DNA from: Bdellovibrionales bacterium
GTDB lineage: Bacteria > Bdellovibrionota > Bdellovibrionia > Bdellovibrionales > UBA1609
Direction of reading: 5' to 3'
Assembly (NCBI GenBank): GCA_963692945.1
Contig: OY843585.1
Location: 1,050,001 to 1,082,000, forward strand
Length of the DNA: 32,000 bases
Position 1 is the first letter of the stretch, and every line of letters starts with the position of its first letter. Shown here piece after piece: positions 23,006 through 32,000 of this stretch. Made by a program: the position numbers and the translations under genes. The notes beneath the pieces were generated by a model. The model was given only the letters and a program-made list of their open reading frames with translations, had not been told where the DNA came from and ran no database searches.

Positions 23006-23740
23006 TCACTTCCATTTAATAACAATCGGAGGATTTGTATGTTGATATCTATGATTCAAATTGGAAGCATTTATAAAAGTAGTTTTACCTTTTTTAACTT
23101 TACCATAACCTTCATGAATATGACCAAAAGCATGAACTTTAGGCTCCACTTCTTTCACTTTTTTAAATAACTCTTTACAACCTGTTTTTAGACCTTCTTG
23201 ATTTTTATCTAAAACACCATGGGGTGGTCCATGTGTTATTAAAAGATCTGTATCTAATGGAATCATATCCCAATGTCTTTTTATCTCTTCCCCTCTTTCT
23301 CTATTGAAAGCCCAATTTAAAAACTCAGGCTGAATAGGAGAACCCCAAATTTTGATTTTTTCAATCTCTACACCTGAATCATTGAGATAAATAGCTCCGG
23401 AGGAAGTTATCATTTCCTTAGCCTGAAAGGCTCTTTCATCTTCAAAAGGCCTGTCATGATTGCCAGCAATAACAATTTTGTATTTATGAGGTAAGGCCTT
23501 TACAAAATCAGCAAAATTTTGAACATCTGATAATTCTCCCCTAGGACACATATCTCCACAAAAAATAAACAAATCAGCATCAGGGACATCCACTTCATAA
23601 TGTTTTCCATGTGTATCAGAAACAAATACAATCGTTAGAGTGGAAGACTTTTTTTCCTTAGAGTTTTTGTTTTTATCTCCATCAGAGTGACTTAAAAAAA
23701 CCATAAATACTCCTAACCATAATAAATTTTTAATATGCAT
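23006..23740 (-). CDS. secreted calcineurin-like metallophosphoesterase
   Basis: 244 aa. It has a signal peptide and then the MPP motifs VSDTHG, CGDM, AGNHD and GHIHEGYG. It starts 5 nt after the crotonase stop on the same strand. Confidence 0.85.
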   Translation of the reverse strand: MHIKNLLWLGVFMVFLSHSDGDKNKNSKEKKSSTLTIVFVSDTHGKHYEVDVPDADLFIFCGDMCPRGELSDVQNFADFVKALPHKYKIVIAGNHDRPFEDERAFQAKEMITSSGAIYLNDSGVEIEKIKIWGSPIQPEFLNWAFNRERGEEIKRHWDMIPLDTDLLITHGPPHGVLDKNQEGLKTGCKELFKKVKEVEPKVHAFGHIHEGYGKVKKGKTTFINASNLNHRYQHTNPPIVIKWK

Positions 23741-23745
23741 TACCC

Positions 23746-24525
23746 TTACAACCCTTTAAAATTGGCTTTTCTCTTGCTGATAAAAGCCTCTATACCTTCT
23801 CTAGAATCTTCATAATTAAAAAGGTCTCCAAATTCTTTGGCTTCTAACTCCAACCCTTTATCTATAGAAAAATCTCGGCTTTGATGAATGAGTTTTTTAG
23901 ATTTACTTATAGCTATAGGAGCTCTACTTTTAATTGTTTGAGCCATAGACTCAGCCGTTTTAAGTAGATCTTTTTTATCAACCACCTTATTTGCTAAACC
24001 CATTTCAAAAGCTTCTTTTGCTGTGTAAAAATCTCCTGTAAAAATCATTTCTTTCGCCCTATATAAACCAACAGAACGACTAAGCCTTTGAGTTCCTCCA
24101 AAAGCAGGCAATAAAGATAAAGATACTTCAGGTAAACCTATTTTAGTTTTTGTTTCCATAATTAAAATATCACAAGATAAAGCCAGTTCTAATCCTCCAC
24201 CAAGAGCAAACCCTTGAATAACAGCAATAACAGGAAAAGGTAAATCTTCTATAAGAGAGAAAACCCTTTGTCCTTTTTGCGAAAACCTTTTAGCATCTTC
24301 AGGTGTTAAGGAAGACATCTCTTTGATATCTGCACCAGCGACAAAAGCCTTATCTCCTGCCCCTTGAACAATCAAAACCCTAATCTGTTTGGTATCTAAA
24401 GTTTTAACAAATGATTCTATCTCATCTAAAACTTTTACATTAAGAGCATTTAAAGCTTTAGCTCGGGAAATCGTTAAATATCCCACTTGTTCTTTTATTT
24501 CAAATTGAAGAGTATCAAAAACCAA
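23746..24525 (-). CDS. short-chain enoyl-CoA hydratase (crotonase; methacrylyl-CoA hydratase by context)
   Basis: 259 aa with the crotonase fold motifs KAFVAGADIKEM, GFALGGGLELALSCD and GLPEVSLSLLPAFGGTQRL. Confidence 0.88.
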   Translation of the reverse strand: MVFDTLQFEIKEQVGYLTISRAKALNALNVKVLDEIESFVKTLDTKQIRVLIVQGAGDKAFVAGADIKEMSSLTPEDAKRFSQKGQRVFSLIEDLPFPVIAVIQGFALGGGLELALSCDILIMETKTKIGLPEVSLSLLPAFGGTQRLSRSVGLYRAKEMIFTGDFYTAKEAFEMGLANKVVDKKDLLKTAESMAQTIKSRAPIAISKSKKLIHQSRDFSIDKGLELEAKEFGDLFNYEDSREGIEAFISKRKANFKGL

Positions 24526-24694
24526 TTTTATCTCCTCACTAAGATGTACTTAAATTAGAATAAAATTTCAACTTAATTTATATAGAAATCTTATAATGAG
24601 GGCTTACTTTCTTAATTTAAAACAAAAACACATGTTTCTTAAGTGATACTATTCTTTAATCATCTAAAGAATGAAATTGAAGTTTTTTATAAAT

Positions 24695-25594
24695 TTAATT
24701 TTTATTGACTTTTTTTAGTTCTTGGAAAATATGAGAAAAATCTTTTTGATCAAATCCTTTTTCAAAATGTTCTTTATACATTTGATAAACTCTAGTTCCC
24801 AATTCTGCTTTTTGCCCAGTCTTTTTGATAGAGTTAAAAGCTAAACTTAAATCCTTTAACATAAGTTTAACAGAAAATCCTCCTTCATAATCACGAGAAG
24901 AAGGCACATTATCCATAAGATTAGGATAAGGATTGTATTTTTCTAAAGACCAATTATTACCTGAACTCGCTTTTAGAATTTCATTCAGTTTTTTAGGATC
25001 TAAACCTAAGGATTCTCCAAGAGCAAAAGCTTCGGAAGTTCCTATCATATGAATTGCAAGAAGCATATTATTACAAATTTTTACAGATTGTCCATCACTT
25101 GCTCCACCAGCATGAAAAATATTTTTCCCCATAATAGAAAAAAAGAATGTGGCTTCTTCTAAATCTTTAGCATCCCCTCCTACCATGAAGGTCAAAGTTC
25201 CTGCCATTGCCCCTGCTGTTCCTCCAGAAACAGGAGCACATAAAAGACGAAGATTTCTTTTTTGAGATTCCTTATAAAGATCTGAACAAGTCTCAGGGTC
25301 TGCTGTGCTACAATCAATAATTAAAGTTTTATCTGATAAAAGATCAAATAGTTTTTCTTTTTCTAAATAAAGTTTTTTCATTTCAGGACTGCCAGGCAAC
25401 ATAGAAATAACCACACTCACTTTAGAAGCTATCTCTTCTAAATGAGCACACCATTGACCTCCTGCCTTTTCAAAGTCTTGTTTGTTTGTTGTCAGTAAAT
25501 CAAACCCGTAAACTTGTAAATTTTTTTTTAAAAGATTGTGAGCCATAGGATAGCCCATATTTCCTAAACCTATAAATAAAACACTTTTATTCAC
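24695..25594 (-). CDS. mmsB: 3-hydroxyisobutyrate dehydrogenase
   Basis: 299 aa. It has an N-terminal Rossmann motif (FIGLGNMGYPMAHNL), the GGTAGA and KICNNMLLA segments typical of the HIBADH family, and valine-operon context. Confidence 0.85.
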   Translation of the reverse strand: MNKSVLFIGLGNMGYPMAHNLLKKNLQVYGFDLLTTNKQDFEKAGGQWCAHLEEIASKVSVVISMLPGSPEMKKLYLEKEKLFDLLSDKTLIIDCSTADPETCSDLYKESQKRNLRLLCAPVSGGTAGAMAGTLTFMVGGDAKDLEEATFFFSIMGKNIFHAGGASDGQSVKICNNMLLAIHMIGTSEAFALGESLGLDPKKLNEILKASSGNNWSLEKYNPYPNLMDNVPSSRDYEGGFSVKLMLKDLSLAFNSIKKTGQKAELGTRVYQMYKEHFEKGFDQKDFSHIFQELKKVNKN

Positions 25595-25603
25595 AGTTAT
25601 ATA

Positions 25604-26722
25604 TTACAAGTTGTCCAAAGGATTTGTCCATCCTGATAAGCTTTTAAAATGTTCTTGAATCCAAGAATTTTTTAATTTTTTAACATGATCTGGATTCCAA
25701 ATAGGAGCACCTGTTTTATCAATGAGTAAAGCTCTCACGCCTTCTTGAAAATCAAAATGACGAGCATGTTGCATAGCCATAATAAGCTCCATTTTAAAAA
25801 CTTCTTTTAAACTTAAGTTTTCTCCTCTTTTCAATTGTTCACAAATAACACCTCCAGAAGAGGGGGAACCTTTAAGAAAAGTTTCTTTATTTTTTAACCA
25901 TTTTTTATCTTCTAGTTTTGTAGTCTTAAACTTTTCATAAATAACTTGTATGTTTTTAGACTCAACCAATTGATAAATTTCATCTCTGTATTTTTTGAGC
26001 CAGTTTTCTTGATCTAAAGAAAATGATTTTTCTTCTTGAAAGTCTTTTATTTTTTTATCAAACTCCTCTTTTCCTGCAAAAGAAAGAGAAAGTAAAAAAT
26101 CAAAAACTTCTTGTTTGTGTAAATCTTTAAAAGCCAGTTGTGAAAAATTTAAGAAAAGAGCTTCGGCTCCATTAAATCGGCAAGCTGTTAAAGCTAAATA
26201 GAAACCAAGATTTTTTTCTAATTGACTTAAAAAATAACTTCCTCCTACGTCAGGAAATAATCCTATAGAAATTTCAGGCATGGAAAACAAACTACTTTCT
26301 GTAACAATGGAGTGAGAAGCAGCTACAAAAAGTCCTAACCCACCTCCCATAACAATTCCATTCCCCCAGAGAACAATAGGTTTTGGATAAGTATGCATTA
26401 AATAATTCATTCTATACTCATTCTCAAAAAAAGATTGAACAAATAAACCGGGGTCTTTATTTTGTTTTCTACAATTTACAATTCCATAAAAAAGTTGTTT
26501 AACATCTCCGCCAGCACAAAAAGCTCTCTCTCCTTCTCCATGTATAAAGACAAGAGAAATATTTGGATTTTCTTTCCATTTTTCTAAATGATTTTTTAAA
26601 TCTAAAATCATATCTGAAGTTAAAGCATTAAAGGCTTTAGGGTTAGCCAGCTTCACTTCAGCTACAAAAGATCCATCGGATTTTTTATGTTCTTTAAATA
26701 AAATTTTATTTGTCTGTTCCAT
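25604..26722 (-). CDS. 3-hydroxyisobutyryl-CoA hydrolase (ECH_2 family)
   Basis: 372 aa. It is crotonase-like with a long C-terminal domain: FCAGGDV, GIVMGGGLGL, MPEISIGLFPDVGGSYFL. Confidence 0.82.
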   Translation of the reverse strand: MEQTNKILFKEHKKSDGSFVAEVKLANPKAFNALTSDMILDLKNHLEKWKENPNISLVFIHGEGERAFCAGGDVKQLFYGIVNCRKQNKDPGLFVQSFFENEYRMNYLMHTYPKPIVLWGNGIVMGGGLGLFVAASHSIVTESSLFSMPEISIGLFPDVGGSYFLSQLEKNLGFYLALTACRFNGAEALFLNFSQLAFKDLHKQEVFDFLLSLSFAGKEEFDKKIKDFQEEKSFSLDQENWLKKYRDEIYQLVESKNIQVIYEKFKTTKLEDKKWLKNKETFLKGSPSSGGVICEQLKRGENLSLKEVFKMELIMAMQHARHFDFQEGVRALLIDKTGAPIWNPDHVKKLKNSWIQEHFKSLSGWTNPLDNL

Positions 26723-26737
26723 AATTTATATAAGTTA

Positions 26738-27895
26738 TTAAGAAAACACCAAACTATTCTCTTCTAAAACTCCACGAGAAATTATCAATCTCATAATTTC
26801 ATTTGTTCCCTCTAAAATCTGATGAACTCTTGCATCTCTCATCAATCTTTCCAAAGGATATTCATGAGTGTAACCATAACCTCCATGTATTTGTATCGCT
26901 TCATTGCACACTTGAAAACATAAGTCTGTTGCTAATCTCTTAGCCATAGCACAATAAAGGGCTGCTTGAGAATCTTTTTGATCCAATTTAAAAGCAGCTA
27001 ATCTAATCATTTGCCTTGCTGCCGTAACCTCTGTAACCATATCTGCAATTTTAAATCTCAAAGATTGAAATTGAGATAAAGTTTTTCCAAACTGCTCTCT
27101 TTCTTTCATATACTTTTGACTGTGTTCCACAGCTCCTTGAGCTGCCCCTACAGAACAAATACCAATATTAACCCTTCCACCATTCAAACCCTGCATAGCT
27201 ATTTTAAAACCTTCTCCTATCTGTCCTAAAAGATTTTCTTTAGGAATTTCTACATGATCTAAATTTATGATTCGTGTGGGTTGAGAATTCCATCCCATCT
27301 TTTTTTCATTTTCTCCAAAACTGATTCCTTGACTATCAGAAGGCACAACAAAACTAGAAATACCTTTAGGTCCAGATTCCCCTGTTCTTGCCATTACAAC
27401 TAAAATCTCTGTATCACCAGCACCAGATACAAAAGCCTTCGTGCCGTTTAAAATCCATTTAGAACCTTTTTGTGTAGCCGAAGCTTTTAAACTGGCTGCA
27501 TCAGAACCTGACCAAGGTTCTGTTAAACAATAAGAAGATAAATGCTCTCCACTTGCCAACTTAGGTACAAATTCTTTCCGAGTCTTTTCTGATCCAAACT
27601 GATCAATCATCCAAGCCGTCATATTGTGAATGGAAATATAAGCCGTAGTAGAGGGACAGGCTGTAGCCAGTTCCTCAAAAATAAGTGTGGTGTCTAAGCG
27701 AGAACAAGACAATCCTCCTACATCTTCTTTTAAATAAAGACCACAAAATCCCATTTCTGCTGATTTTTTAATAACCTCTTTAGGGAAAATTTTTTCAGCA
27801 TCCCATTTGGCTGCATGAGGTGCAAACTCCTTATTTGCAAAATCTCTGGCTAAGATTTGAAAAGATTTTTGTTCATCCGTTAAATTAAAATTCAT
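26738..27895 (-). CDS. acyl-CoA dehydrogenase (isobutyryl-CoA dehydrogenase by context)
   Basis: 385 aa with the ACAD signatures CLTEPWSGSDAASL and QIHGGYGYTHEYPLERLMRDARVHQILEGTNEI. Confidence 0.88.
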   Translation of the reverse strand: MNFNLTDEQKSFQILARDFANKEFAPHAAKWDAEKIFPKEVIKKSAEMGFCGLYLKEDVGGLSCSRLDTTLIFEELATACPSTTAYISIHNMTAWMIDQFGSEKTRKEFVPKLASGEHLSSYCLTEPWSGSDAASLKASATQKGSKWILNGTKAFVSGAGDTEILVVMARTGESGPKGISSFVVPSDSQGISFGENEKKMGWNSQPTRIINLDHVEIPKENLLGQIGEGFKIAMQGLNGGRVNIGICSVGAAQGAVEHSQKYMKEREQFGKTLSQFQSLRFKIADMVTEVTAARQMIRLAAFKLDQKDSQAALYCAMAKRLATDLCFQVCNEAIQIHGGYGYTHEYPLERLMRDARVHQILEGTNEIMRLIISRGVLEENSLVFS

Positions 27896-27897
27896 AG

Positions 27898-29388
27898 CTA
27901 ACTTATATTGATAGTCATATTAGGGGATTCTTTTTTCTCTTTAACCCAACGAGATATGACGGTTTTGGTTTCTGTGTAAAAACGAACAGCTTGTTTTCCA
28001 TAAGCATGGAGGTCTCCTAAAAAAGACCCTTTCCAACCTGTAAAAGAGAAAAAAGGTAAAGGCACAGGAATAGGAATATTAATTCCTACCTGACCCACTT
28101 CCACTTCATGTTGAAATTGACGAGCCGCTACTCCCGATTTTGTAAAAATAGAAGTTCCATTTCCAAAAGGATTTTGGTTGATTAGACTTAAGGCTTCATC
28201 TAAATTTTTAACTCTCATACATAAAAGCACAGGTCCAAAAATCTCCTCTTTATAAATCTTCATTTCAGGAGTCACCTTATCAAATAAAGTAGCTCCTACA
28301 AAATTTCCTTTTTGCCACTTTTTAGACTTATATGTGGATCCATCTAAAAGCATTTCAGCCCCTTCTGTTTTGCCAGATTGAATCAAAGATAAAACTCGCT
28401 CCTTAGCTGGAACACTAATTAAAGGACCAAAGTCACTTTCTTTATCTTTCCAACTACCAGGCTTTAAAGCCGATAAAGACTCTTTTAAATCTTTTATCCA
28501 ATCCCCTGCTTCGGCTACAAAAACCCCTACACTGATGGCCATACATCTTTGCCCTGCAGCACCACAAGACGCCCCTGCTAAATGACGAAGCACCTCTTTT
28601 TTATCTGCATCAGGCATTATAACCATATGATTTTTTGCCCCTGCAAAAGCTTGGACTCTTTTTAAATGTTGAGTTCCTTTACGATAAACATGTTTTGCAA
28701 CAGGAGCTGAACCCACAAAAGAACAAGCTTTTATATCAGGATGCTCTATCAAATAATCAACTTGTTGCTTACCTCCATGAATAATATTTAAAATAGCCTT
28801 TGGGAAACCAACTTTTTGAAATAACTCTGCAAGTTTATTGACCGTCATGGGATCATGTTCTGAAGGTTTTAAAATAAAAGCATTCCCACAAGCAATAGCT
28901 AAAGGAAACATCCAAAGAGGTATCATTGCTGGAAAATTAAAAGGTGTAATACCTAAGCAAACTCCTAAAGGCTGTAGATAAGAGTGTGTATCAATAGAAC
29001 GAGAAACATTTTCCACAGTCTCACCCATCATAAGTGAAGATATATTACAAGCTTGCTCAACAACTTCTATACCTCGCCAAACATCTCCTTTAGCATCTTC
29101 AAAAGTTTTTCCGTTTTCTGCACTTAAAATTTTAGCAATAGAATCTTGATTTTCTTTTAGAAGTCTTTGGTACTCAAAAAACAATCGTCCTCGCTCTGGA
29201 ATAGGAACTTCTTTCCATTCTAAAAAAGCAGATTTCGCTTTTTGAACGGCCTGATCCATTTCCTGTTTAGTAGCATAAGGAACATAAGATAAAACTTCTT
29301 GAGTAGAAGGATCTAAAACTTCTTTTTTTTCAGAAGATGAACTAGATACAAACTCTCCATCAATAAAAAGGGCTACATCTTTAACCAT
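27898..29388 (-). CDS. mmsA: methylmalonate-semialdehyde dehydrogenase (CoA-acylating)
   Basis: 496 aa in the ALDH superfamily. It has the catalytic Cys context [26 protein letters not shown], and EEIFGPVL. Confidence 0.9.
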   Translation of the reverse strand: MVKDVALFIDGEFVSSSSSEKKEVLDPSTQEVLSYVPYATKQEMDQAVQKAKSAFLEWKEVPIPERGRLFFEYQRLLKENQDSIAKILSAENGKTFEDAKGDVWRGIEVVEQACNISSLMMGETVENVSRSIDTHSYLQPLGVCLGITPFNFPAMIPLWMFPLAIACGNAFILKPSEHDPMTVNKLAELFQKVGFPKAILNIIHGGKQQVDYLIEHPDIKACSFVGSAPVAKHVYRKGTQHLKRVQAFAGAKNHMVIMPDADKKEVLRHLAGASCGAAGQRCMAISVGVFVAEAGDWIKDLKESLSALKPGSWKDKESDFGPLISVPAKERVLSLIQSGKTEGAEMLLDGSTYKSKKWQKGNFVGATLFDKVTPEMKIYKEEIFGPVLLCMRVKNLDEALSLINQNPFGNGTSIFTKSGVAARQFQHEVEVGQVGINIPIPVPLPFFSFTGWKGSFLGDLHAYGKQAVRFYTETKTVISRWVKEKKESPNMTINIS

Positions 29389-29460
29389 AATTCTAAAAAA
29401 GTGTAATAAAAATTAAATATAAAATCAATTAAAATTCTTTTTCATTTTTGAGTAGATTTA

Positions 29461-30993
29461 TTAAGATTCAGGTTCAGAAACAGAAGTAGTAGTAGAATCT
29501 CTTTTTGCAACAGATAGGTTATCTTCTAATACCTGTTTTAGACATTCTTGATTTTCTGAAGAACTTTGACTTTCTTTAAAAAATCCACATGTTTCAATTT
29601 GAGATTCATTCAAACTAAAAAACAATTGAATCCCTTCAGAACGTTCAAATGTCTTAGAAGAGTCATTAGCCCCTTTAACAATATTCAATCCTAGTTTTTT
29701 GAGAAGAGATTCAGAGGGAACAATATTGAGAGGCAATCTTATATCATATCTTCGTGTATAATCTGGATACCATTGATTTAAAAGTGGAGACTCTAAAATA
29801 TAATTCATAAAATCTAAAAACTCAATAAAAGAATAATCTAATTCTGATTGTAAGTTAACAGAGCCAAAAAAGTTTTTTTCTAGTTCTGCAGACTCTGATA
29901 GTGATGCCATAATTCCTTTTTTTCTATCTTTAAACTTTTCTCCTAATCTATCAGATAATTTATAAAGATTACTTTTCTTACTCTCAGATAAAAAAGAAGT
30001 TTCTTTAGATATAATATTGTATTCTTTAAAACCATCGTTTGAAAGATCAAGAAAATAAAATAAGGCTTCTTGATAATCCTTTTGATTTAAAATACTTTTT
30101 TTAAGATCCTTCTTGTTTTGAGATTCATTAAAAACTTTATCTGCATCTTTATTGGACCAGTTAGAGTTTTGGACCATCTCTTGACCCTCTCCCTCATTCT
30201 CTTCCGCTTTCAACATCTCTTGACCCTCTCCCTCATTCTCTTCCGCTTTCAACATCTCTTCATATCTGACTGATAGAGAACCCGTACTATAAAATATAAA
30301 ACCATAAGGGCTTATAGATATATTTCTAGCACCTAAAAGCATATATCTAGCACAACCGTCACCACAAAAACCTAATATCTGTAAATCTACTTTTTTCTCT
30401 TTAAAATATTCACCTAAAGCCATAGCTACTTCTACATCAATTCCACTAAAAATATTAAGACCAACTTCTTTAATATTATTTTTTTCTAAAGCTTTATCAA
30501 GTGCTTTTATCACTTGAGCTGGGTTCTCTTCAGACTTAGAAATCTCTAAAGTCGTATAGTCTTTAGACCCATTTTTTAACATAAACTGTATAGATTCACT
30601 TTGGTTATAGAGTAGGACGGTAGCCAGTTTTTCAGGCAAGTTTTCCAACTGGTTAAAAATATAATTTTCTAAAGATTTTATATAGTTGGTAGGCATTGAA
30701 TACATTATAGTGAAAATAATTTGAGGATTTAAAGTTTGAAGAGATATATCTCTTATAAACTGATCAGACATAGGTGTATCGTTTTTAAACCATGAAGATT
30801 TTAGTAAGGCCTTATCAACTAGATCTTCAACCATTTGATTGGTTTCCTCAAAACTCATTTGCTTTGCATCTTTTATAACTTGCTCGCTAGGATTTTGTTT
30901 GGTTTTTTTGTAGGATTCTGGTTCAGAAAAAGCCATTCCAGAAATGAAGATAGTGGTTAAAAGAACAACACGAATGATAAAATTAAAAATCAC
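29461..30993 (-). CDS. secreted protein of unknown function carrying an internal tandem duplication
   Basis: 510 aa with a signal peptide (VVLLTTIFISGMAFSEP). I recognised no confident family. See the findings for a speculative ClpP/S49-like core. Confidence 0.6.
   Translation of the reverse strand: MIFNFIIRVVLLTTIFISGMAFSEPESYKKTKQNPSEQVIKDAKQMSFEETNQMVEDLVDKALLKSSWFKNDTPMSDQFIRDISLQTLNPQIIFTIMYSMPTNYIKSLENYIFNQLENLPEKLATVLLYNQSESIQFMLKNGSKDYTTLEISKSEENPAQVIKALDKALEKNNIKEVGLNIFSGIDVEVAMALGEYFKEKKVDLQILGFCGDGCARYMLLGARNISISPYGFIFYSTGSLSVRYEEMLKAEENEGEGQEMLKAEENEGEGQEMVQNSNWSNKDADKVFNESQNKKDLKKSILNQKDYQEALFYFLDLSNDGFKEYNIISKETSFLSESKKSNLYKLSDRLGEKFKDRKKGIMASLSESAELEKNFFGSVNLQSELDYSFIEFLDFMNYILESPLLNQWYPDYTRRYDIRLPLNIVPSESLLKKLGLNIVKGANDSSKTFERSEGIQLFFSLNESQIETCGFFKESQSSSENQECLKQVLEDNLSVAKRDSTTTSVSEPES
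30175..30252. repeat. perfect 39-bp tandem duplication inside the 510-aa gene
   Basis: CATCTCTTGACCCTCTCCCTCATTCTCTTCCGCTTTCAA occurs at 30175-30213 and again at 30214-30252, followed by a partial third start CATCTCTT. It encodes EMLKAEENEGEGQ twice. Confidence 0.97.
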
Positions 30994-31200
30994 ATAAACC
31001 CCAAGATGTTAAAATTAACTATCTCTTATATTATTACCTGTTGTATATTATTTACTTATTAAAAAAACAATACATTGTGTAAAAAACAGACTTAATTCTT
31101 GATAAATCAGACCTACCCCCCTCTCTTCCATTAGATTTGATTATATAAGAAATAAGATTGATCTGGATTTTAGAAAATGGAAAATAATTTTTAACTTCAT

Positions 31201-32000
31201 TCATCTACCAGAAATAGATAATTCAGGCACTAAGAAAGAGGGAACTTTAAAAGAGCCATTGTAATAAAGGCTATCTTTTGCAACCCTCAAAATATTAGAA
31301 AAGATATCTATCAAATTTCCAGAAACTGTAAACTGACAAATGGCTTGAGCTTCTCCTCTGTTCCATAAAAAACCTTCTGACTCAATAGAAAAATTTCCAG
31401 AAACAGGATTATAACCTGCCAAACCTTTTAAAAAATCAATCACGATAACTTGAGGGTATTCCTTTAAAAGATCATCAAAAGAGCTCGTCCCTTCTTTCAT
31501 AATTGTATTTGTAGGAGCTACGACAACCATTCCATCAGCAGATCTAGAAGCTTTAGCCGTGTGAAGTGTTTTTAAAAATCTCGCTGTAAAAGAATTGGTC
31601 AAATAATTTTTAATAACTCCCTCCTCTACAAGAGTTGTTTTTTGAGAAGAAAAACCTTCCTCATCAAAAGGGGTTGAATTGAATCCCCAAGAGACAAAAG
31701 GATCATCATATAAGCTAAAAGAAGAAGATAATTTTTTCTTATTTAAAGAATCTTTTAAAAGAGATAACTGTTCGTAAATTGTTTTTCCATTTAAATGGTT
31801 TAATAATAAAGAAACCAATGTCGCCGCAGCTTGACCCGATTGAAAAATAACAGGATAACAGTTTGTCTTTGGTATAGAAAAGTTAAGTTTTTTTAAAGAT
31901 TTAGAGGCTGATTCCTGACCTATTTTCTCAAAATCAACAGATTTATAATTTCTGGAAGTTCTATGAGACATGCCCTGAGATCTCTGATCTTTATCAATAG
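31201..32000 (-). CDS. TldD/PmbA-family metallopeptidase, C-terminal part (5' end beyond the window)
   Basis: The reading frame stays open upstream of the track's ATG (31971) to the window edge. The C-terminal segments GFSSQKTTLVEEGVIKNYL ... AGYNPVSGNFSIESEGFLWNRGE ... are typical of PmbA/TldD. Confidence 0.78.
   Translation of the reverse strand, partial: IDKDQRSQGMSHRTSRNYKSVDFEKIGQESASKSLKKLNFSIPKTNCYPVIFQSGQAAATLVSLLLNHLNGKTIYEQLSLLKDSLNKKKLSSSFSLYDDPFVSWGFNSTPFDEEGFSSQKTTLVEEGVIKNYLTNSFTARFLKTLHTAKASRSADGMVVVAPTNTIMKEGTSSFDDLLKEYPQVIVIDFLKGLAGYNPVSGNFSIESEGFLWNRGEAQAICQFTVSGNLIDIFSNILRVAKDSLYYNGSFKVPSFLVPELSISGR

Overview
The window is a visibly AT-rich, gene-dense bacterial chromosomal segment with about 33 protein genes. 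I recognised no rRNA, tRNA, CRISPR array, transposase or integrase. All family calls come from reading motifs in the supplied translations and from my own translation of unlisted frames. No homology search was run.

Layout:
- 1-4745, housekeeping: a partial STAS-domain gene, cysS with an overlapping small ferredoxin gene, and a valS that looks like the type-2 (archaeal-like) form.
- 4891-13651: a Cys-rich lipoprotein gene sits divergent to a TonB-dependent receptor. The receptor is followed directly by a six-gene Vibrio TonB2-type energiser module (DUF3450, TtpC-like, ExbB, ExbD, TonB, TPR). pdxJ follows 1 nt after the TPR stop.
- 14392-19540, an accessory-looking stretch: a secreted Sel1-repeat/trypsin-like protease, an ankyrin-repeat lipoprotein, a truncated paralogue of that lipoprotein, an orphan PD-(D/E)xK/DUF4268-like nuclease gene, gloB, and an unlisted rpmG at 18968-19147. 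Two related intergenic repeat mosaics bracket this stretch.
- 19540-22197: an ABC-2 (DUF990-like) exporter with two permeases and an ATPase.
- 23006-29388, minus strand: a complete valine-catabolism operon (mmsA, acyl-CoA dehydrogenase, HIBCH, mmsB, crotonase) plus a secreted metallophosphoesterase.
- 29461-30993: a 510-aa secreted protein of unknown function.
- 31201-32000: a partial TldD/PmbA gene.

Best candidates for something undescribed:
- The repeat family at 14392-14580 and 19166-19447. It has shared 12-15 nt CTAG-centred termini. A conserved 31-nt core is held in hairpins whose stems are unrelated. It also carries 3.2 tandem 24-nt hairpin units flanked by GGA/AGGAGG motifs.
- The protease / ankyrin / nuclease islet, which shows a visible insertion scar.
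- The 510-aa secreted protein, which has a perfect 39-bp tandem duplication and a possible ClpP/S49-like core with Cys at the nucleophile position.

None of these is proven, and I could not identify a clear multi-gene novel system.
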